A stretch of 64,000 bases of DNA from assembly GCA_010093815.1 (NCBI GenBank), contig ML996579.1. One strand, 5' to 3'. Source of the DNA: Pseudovirgaria hyperparasitica. Taxonomy: Eukaryota. Each line of letters begins with the position of its first letter. The stretch's first letter is position 1. The notes under the pieces were generated by a model that searched no databases, was not told where the DNA came from, and saw only the letters and a program-made list of their open reading frames with translations. The position numbers and the translations under genes are program-made. Shown in pieces: positions 58,027 through 64,000 of the stretch.

Positions 58027-58448
58027 TACCGAAGTATCGGTGTTTAACAAGTAAATTCCTTAACCTAGGAGGCTCTTTCGTTATATTCTACTACATAATA
58101 AGATATTATATATTTTAATTATTGAAATCTCTTTGAGTTTATACTTACTAGCTATATAATCTCTTTTTTATGTATACGTACTTTACTCTGTCTATCTATT
58201 CTAAGTGTTATGTATATTCTACGAGTCACGTGTATTCTACCATAGTACACGAAAGATACGTATAATAAGTGTGAATTCATGACCTAACTCCACGCCCCCT
58301 ACTTATGCATGTTCCTTTCATAAACCATAAACACGATCTAATAATCTAATATACATCCCACTTTCAAATAGCCAAGATCTTCTACCCCCTGATACCCTGT
58401 TTCCCTTAACTCCCCTGATAACTCCCCAATGTCCTGTCTAGAGAAAGT

Positions 58449-58739
58449 CTACGGGCGACGCATAGCCGCTTCCTGGCGTACAGACGCACACTGCTGCTCG
58501 TACTGGCGCCGTAGCTCTCGTATCCTGTCACGGTTTTGCTGCTCGTACCTCTGGAGATACGGCACTAATGCTGGTGCTGGCTCCCCGAGGGCCATCATTT
58601 CCGTATGGTACCTGTTGTGTGACCTAGCGATGGCTTGCTCGAGCTCTCTTTTAAGGTGGGCGAGTAGTTGTTCCTCTCGAGAGGAGAGGTTGCTGCTGTT
58701 GTTGCTACTGCTGCTGGAGATCTTCTGTTCTGGTGACAT
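58449..58739 (-). CDS. Small predicted helical/coiled-coil protein (96 aa)
   Basis: Intact ATG-to-TAG ORF rich in E/Q/R, locally more GC-rich than its decayed AT-rich surroundings. No family recognised. Confidence 0.4.
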   Translation of the reverse strand: MSPEQKISSSSSNNSSNLSSREEQLLAHLKRELEQAIARSHNRYHTEMMALGEPAPALVPYLQRYEQQNRDRIRELRRQYEQQCASVRQEAAMRRP

Positions 58740-59877
58740 CCTGGGAGAGTTTTGAGTTTTGAGAGGGTTTATGAAGATCTGAATAGAATGCTAGAGATCA
58801 GGTAGAGTTGAAAGTGATGTTAAGATAGAATAAAGATAACCTTTCGATAGAGGAGAGTCGATCAGGAAAGACAGGTAGAGGAACGGAGCTCTCATGTAGT
58901 AGGAGAGAGAGAGGGGGATTTGAAAGTGAACAAATTACTACCTCTAAATAAGGGGTTGTGCGGACTGCCAAGCCCAACATGCCGGTCGTCGGCGAAAGTG
59001 AGCTGTTATTGAACAACCATGCAAGTGTGAAGGCACACAAGTGATTAGAGTTGTTCTTCACGAGACGGAAGCACATGCCGAAGGGTATCGGGGCGGGAAA
59101 TGGCCATGAACAGGCGCAGATCGCCAGGGTAGAGTCACATATGCTTCATATTTCACTGGGCTCGAGAAGGAGAGATACAAATAAACAATCAGAGCCTAAA
59201 ATACTAATATCAGAGCTGTTGGTACACCCCAGTCTTCAGGCAATGGGGACAGCTAAGATGAGTCCGAACTAGACCGAATGAGTGCCTCGTCAATCATCTT
59301 GTTTGCTATAGTCACTGTCGATATTCTTTCCAATTCCTTTTCTGAAGCCCTTACAGCTAATGAGATACCTTGGGCCAGGTAAGTAACGACATCTCTGGAG
59401 AGATCAAGCTGACATCACATGGGATACAGTATCTTAACTTCTAGAGCGATACTGAATTAGACTACCCAGGAGTCAATTCCCGTAGAAAGAGCATAGTAAC
59501 TACAACCCTAACAGACTCAGGGGAATGAGAACATCAATACTAACTAAGAACTAGAACCAGTACACACACAGCCCGTAGAGCCAGCATAAACAGCAAAGAA
59601 CCCAAGAAAAAACACCTCTAGCCACACCGTGCACGTCAAACCTCATCCGAGCATCCCATCATAACACCGATTTCTCTCCTGCACTTCTTTCTGTAAATCA
59701 TTTTAGGTCTTCTCCTCTAAGAATCGCATATCCTCTTCTTAAAATCTGTTCCTAGCGTCGTACACCATTAACTCTGTCACTCTCACTCCCAAAACACTCA
59801 CATGTTCTATCTCCACCGGCATCCCAGCACACCCCCAAGCAAACACGGCATACGTCCTGGACTCTCTAATATCTCAC

Positions 59878-60339
59878 CAGACGTGAGCATATACAATCGG
59901 ATACAATCCAAGGTCCTAGATTAGGATTGTATGATTAGTCACTCTAAAAGTACGGATTAAGCTTAGAATCTATACCAAGGGATTGAGATTGATTGTGTTA
60001 GATTAAATAAAGTAGGGTATATACCTATATATAGCCCGGGGCCCTATCTTAGGCCATATTCAGGCATCATTTCTGCCTAAGGCCTGTACTTTAGCCTTAG
60101 GCTCTAATATAGTAGCCTTAGGCAGAAATGATGCCTGAATATGGCCCAAGATAGGGCCCGCGGCTATATATAGGTATATATCCCACTTTATTCAATCTAA
60201 CACAATCAATCTGACAAATCGGATTGAGATTGTACCGTCTTGGCAATCATTTTGAGGCGTGGATTGAGCTTGTATTCTCTATTAAAATTTTGGCCCAGAT
60301 TGAGATTGCACAGATTCGGATTGTATATGCCCATCTCTG
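59878..60339. mobile_element. Non-autonomous hAT-type DNA transposon (MITE), 462 bp
   Basis: TIRs are CAGACGTGAGCATATACAATC (left) and CAGAGATGGGCATATACAATC (reverse complement of right), 18/21 identical. A perfect 8-bp TSD TATCTCAC lies at 59870-59877 and 60340-60347. Subterminal GGATTG/GATTGAGATTG repeats and an internal inverted repeat with 98-bp arms are present. Confidence 0.88.
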
Positions 60340-61113
60340 TATCTCACCAAGAAAAACAATGATCCCACCGCACACCTCTCACCTGCGAACACATACTTTC
60401 CACAGCTTCCCATACCTCCCGCACTCACCTGACCCTCACAAAGCAGAAAAACAAAACCAAGCCCTGGGACATCGAAATCGACCTCGGACACGCTCTATAC
60501 ATCCGGCGAGGTCAGCATGCATGAGAGCATCAATATTAGCATCAGCTTTAACATGAGTAATAGCGTCAGTGGGGGCACTGGCTCAACATCAACATCAACA
60601 TCAACATCAGTATCAGCATCAGCCCGGGCAGTGACATTGAATCAGTGTCGGTATCATCGTAACCAGCGTCAAATTCGATATTAGTATCAAATCAACATTT
60701 AGAACCGTCCGCATCAGCATTTGTATCAAAATCGACCACAGCGCAGCCAGCATCAGCGTTAGGACGGGCGTAGGGGAGCGTATCAACATATTTCATATCA
60801 AGGGCGTAACTAACAGAAGAGGGGCAGAACCAAAAGCGCAAGAGAGGAGAGTGAAGAGACGGTATTCCTATAGTAAGCGTCGCAGTGCATTCTTCGCTGT
60901 CAGGGGTAGTCTTAGCATTAGCATCACCATCGTCAATCAACATTGACCCCAGCGCAGCCAGCGTCCGACGCCAGCGCAGCTGACGGTTAGGGCAACTAGT
61001 GAATAGGAGAAAGGGATGAGAGAATATTGGGGCTGATAAGGGCACAGCATGTGTGTGTAGCACTAGTGCTTAGACAAGATGGGGATGTGTTTAAGAGAGG
61101 ATAAAAGCAAGAC

Positions 61114-61170
61114 AAGAGAGGGAAGAGAGGGAAGAGAGGGAAGAGAGGGAAGAGAGGGAAGAGAGGGAAG
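61114..61170. repeat. 9-bp tandem repeat (AAGAGAGGG) x6
   Basis: Directly visible. Confidence 0.95.
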
Positions 61171-61933
61171 AAGCTGGACATCCACAGCTAGCATCACAAG
61201 GAATTCGATCCAGGGCAGCATTAGTGCTGGCATCAACATCAACATCAACGTCCTGCACAGTTCGCCCTAACACCAGCGCAGCTGAGTGTCAGCAGGGGAG
61301 GTAGAGAAAAGGTAACTCAATAGAGTATGCTGTGACATGCGTGTGATACCAGTACCAGGAGGAGGGAAACCCATATGAGGGAGCATAAAAGGACAAAGGA
61401 AAGAGAAGGAAAAAGAGCGGGAAGAGACAGGACATCTATAGCAGCATGGTAGTACACTCGACACAGTCAACATCAGAGGCGGCATCAGAATCAACATTCT
61501 GCGCAGCCAGTATCAGGAAGTGAGTCGTCGCATGTGAAAAGGCATAGCATGGCATGAATATACCGCTCGTTAGTGCTAGCTAGGATAAAGGAAGGAATAA
61601 GAGAAGGAATAAGAGAAGAGCAGGAAGGTTATAAGAGGAGGATCTCAAGAGCAGGAACGATTCGTCAGCCTGAGCATCGTGGCCTCGTGTAAGCCAGGGG
61701 CATGCATGGCGAAAATACATTGAGAGAAATTGGATTAGGACTTTGGAATATATGACACATGAAGGACTTCATAGCCTTGTCGACATACGACATGTTATAA
61801 GTGGATGAAGAATATGGGGGCGAGGAAAGAAGTTTGAATGAATATGGAGGGTCTGTCTTCATGGTACTGTCATTTCTCGATGGAACGATCAAAATTGATA
61901 TCCAGAAGCCATGTGTTTGACATTTACTGTAAC

Positions 61934-63477
61934 CTACCGCCTTCCTCCCCTTGACTTGCCTCCAAAACCAGGCCCTCTGCCCGAGCCCCTCCCACTCGCC
62001 AACTTGACGACAAACGCGCCTCTTTCGATAGTATTCACAAGCACAAAGCCAGACGGGAAGAGAAAGTGGCTCCAGGTGCCAGCAAACTGCACAATTCCAC
62101 CCACCGCATCGTCCTCAGGGTAGATATCGAAGAAGCCCTCGACACTGACCTTGCTTCCAGTCGGGTCCCTGCTGATGCTCCTGACATCATGCACCCACAG
62201 TCCGGCGCCGTAGTTACTCTGATACGCGAGACCATCGACGATATACAGGTTATGATCAATCGTCTTATGGTCCGTCGCAAAGAACGTCCCTGTCCACTTT
62301 GGATTGCGCAAGTCTGTAAAATCGATTATATGCGTGACTGGACGGCCGCTGGCAGCAGGCCCCTTGCCATCACGCTCATCGAGCTCGTCGTTAAGCAGTA
62401 CGTACTGGTGCCAATTGCGCTCCGTCCACCAGCCCTGATGGCAGTACGTTGCGCCCGGGTAGCTGAGGCGCGAGAGCACTTCGGATGCAGGACGGCCGGA
62501 TTTGCTGCTGGCATCGTAAACAGTGACGGTGTCCTCGTTGTATCCGACGCAGATGTTGCGGCCACGGAAGCTACGGTCAGGGCCGTTATAAGTCACGCAC
62601 TGTGCGTCGTGCACGTATCCGTCCTGGCTGGCGCAGCCCGGAGACTTTGGCACGGATGGATCGGAGAGGTCTATGTACTGTAAACCAGAGGCACAGGATT
62701 GATTGCGTGGCTGGGCGCCGACGGCGATGGCGTATTCGTTGTCCCAGTCCACAACGACGTTGTGCGTGCGGCCGATGGGAATGGTGTCAGAGAACAGGCC
62801 GACGAGGTCCCTTTGTGGGTCGAATGTCACGGGCGAGCTAGGGTCGATATGGAGGAGTTTCTTCATGTCGAAGATCTGAACGTTGTGACCGACGGCTTCG
62901 CTGCCGATGATCACAAAGTCGTTCAATACTCGGATCTCGCGCCATCTTGAGCCGACGCTTTGAGCGGGCAGGCGACCGAGATATATGATTTTGCCCTTGT
63001 TGGTGATTTCAACAAAGGCAGCACCTGAGAACTGGCCCACGATACCGAACTCCCGTCCATCCTTTGAGGTCCATCCCCAGGAAGATGAGCCGGCGGCTTC
63101 GGGACCGCCCAGGTCGGCATGGTTCTTGAAATCGTAAAAGTCCATATTCTTGCAACGGAAGGTTTGATTGGCGTTTCCGGGCTCGACGATGGCAAGACCA
63201 TCCTTGCATTTGACGCGGTCATTCTTGAAGTCAGGCTTCAGGCTGGACCATCTGTCCCAAGAGGGCCACTGATCAAGATCATGGAGGCCTACGGACTCGT
63301 CGTGGTCCCATTGTTCCTGAGTAGGTGTTAGAGCTGTATGAAGGCGCAGGACAGAGTCAGACGTACATTCTTCATGGTCATAAGCCGTTGATGAATGGCG
63401 CCGGAGGCGTACTCCTCAACAGCATATTCGGCAGCCTTGACCGCCAGCGGCGCCAATAGAACCAATGAGAGCTTCAT
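61934..63477 (-). CDS. Secreted choice-of-anchor-B / LVIVD-repeat-like beta-propeller protein (2 exons)
   Basis: Signal peptide MKLSLVLLAPLAVKA. Intron 63366..63317. Motifs WGWT..DGREF, SRWREIR, HNVV, DGYVHDAQCV, YCHQGW, LLNDELDE, IDHNLY, YQSNYGAGL and NTIERG. Confidence 0.82.
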
Positions 63478-64000
63478 TGCAAATGCCCAACAGCAATAAA
63501 CTTCTGAAATGAGCAGGATTGAGCAAGTATTCGCTTCGTAGTGGTAGGTTTATATAAGAACTGTCATCGCTTTCCTCCGGTACAGGACATTTGCCTCTCT
63601 GCCATATCTTCTCGCTGTTCGTCATGATAGCAACCTTGGTTACATCTGGGCAAAGCCACATTTCTGGGCAGGTTAAACTCTTCCAGAAGGTAAGATCGGC
63701 ACCGCTCATCCGAAAGAAGAAGGTACCACACCTACTCTACGCGCAAGGCCTCCCTTCGCGGTCGGCTATCACTTGGCTCGACTTGGCTAGCGTGTGTTTA
63801 TGTTAACCTCACTTGGCAAATCGATTTGTAGCACAGTATCTTGATAACTCCCCGCTCTTCAAGACTTACTATGACCAATTAATGAAGTATCCACAGGTTC
63901 AGCTGTATGTTCAGGGAGGATATTGCAGAAATGGGACCAAGGTGAGCACCAAGATGGCGAGTTCGGACGATCGGCAGTGCGCTTGGCACCAAGCCTTTGC

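Overview
Eukaryotic genomic DNA from a filamentous ascomycete (Pezizomycotina; Dothideomycete is my inference), with short GT-AG introns carrying CTRAC branch points, so most real genes span several ORFs of the supplied track. I can model about 17 protein-coding genes. Recognisable ones are a PL3 pectate lyase, an HSL-family esterase, a GH72 Gel/Gas glucanosyltransferase, a Cps1-like GT2 polysaccharide synthase, lanosterol synthase (ERG7), the proteasome activator BLM10/PA200, GINS subunit PSF3 and a secreted choice-of-anchor-B/LVIVD-like protein. The rest are conserved or orphan hypotheticals. The best-supported non-coding items are a 462-bp hAT-type MITE (TIRs, perfect 8-bp TSD, internal hairpin with 98-bp arms), a candidate box C/D snoRNA antisense to 18S rRNA inside an in-frame 189-nt intron, and two GARE motifs upstream of the pectate lyase. 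There is also a RIP-like decayed region at about 55.4-60.5 kb. Two AT-rich cores (about 21.5 kb and 32.3 kb) are wrapped in micro/minisatellites, and flanking genes become very GC-rich towards them, including a gradient inside BLM10. I found no tRNA, rRNA or CRISPR. All family assignments come from motif recognition by eye, not from database searches, and I could not establish a clearly new multi-gene system.
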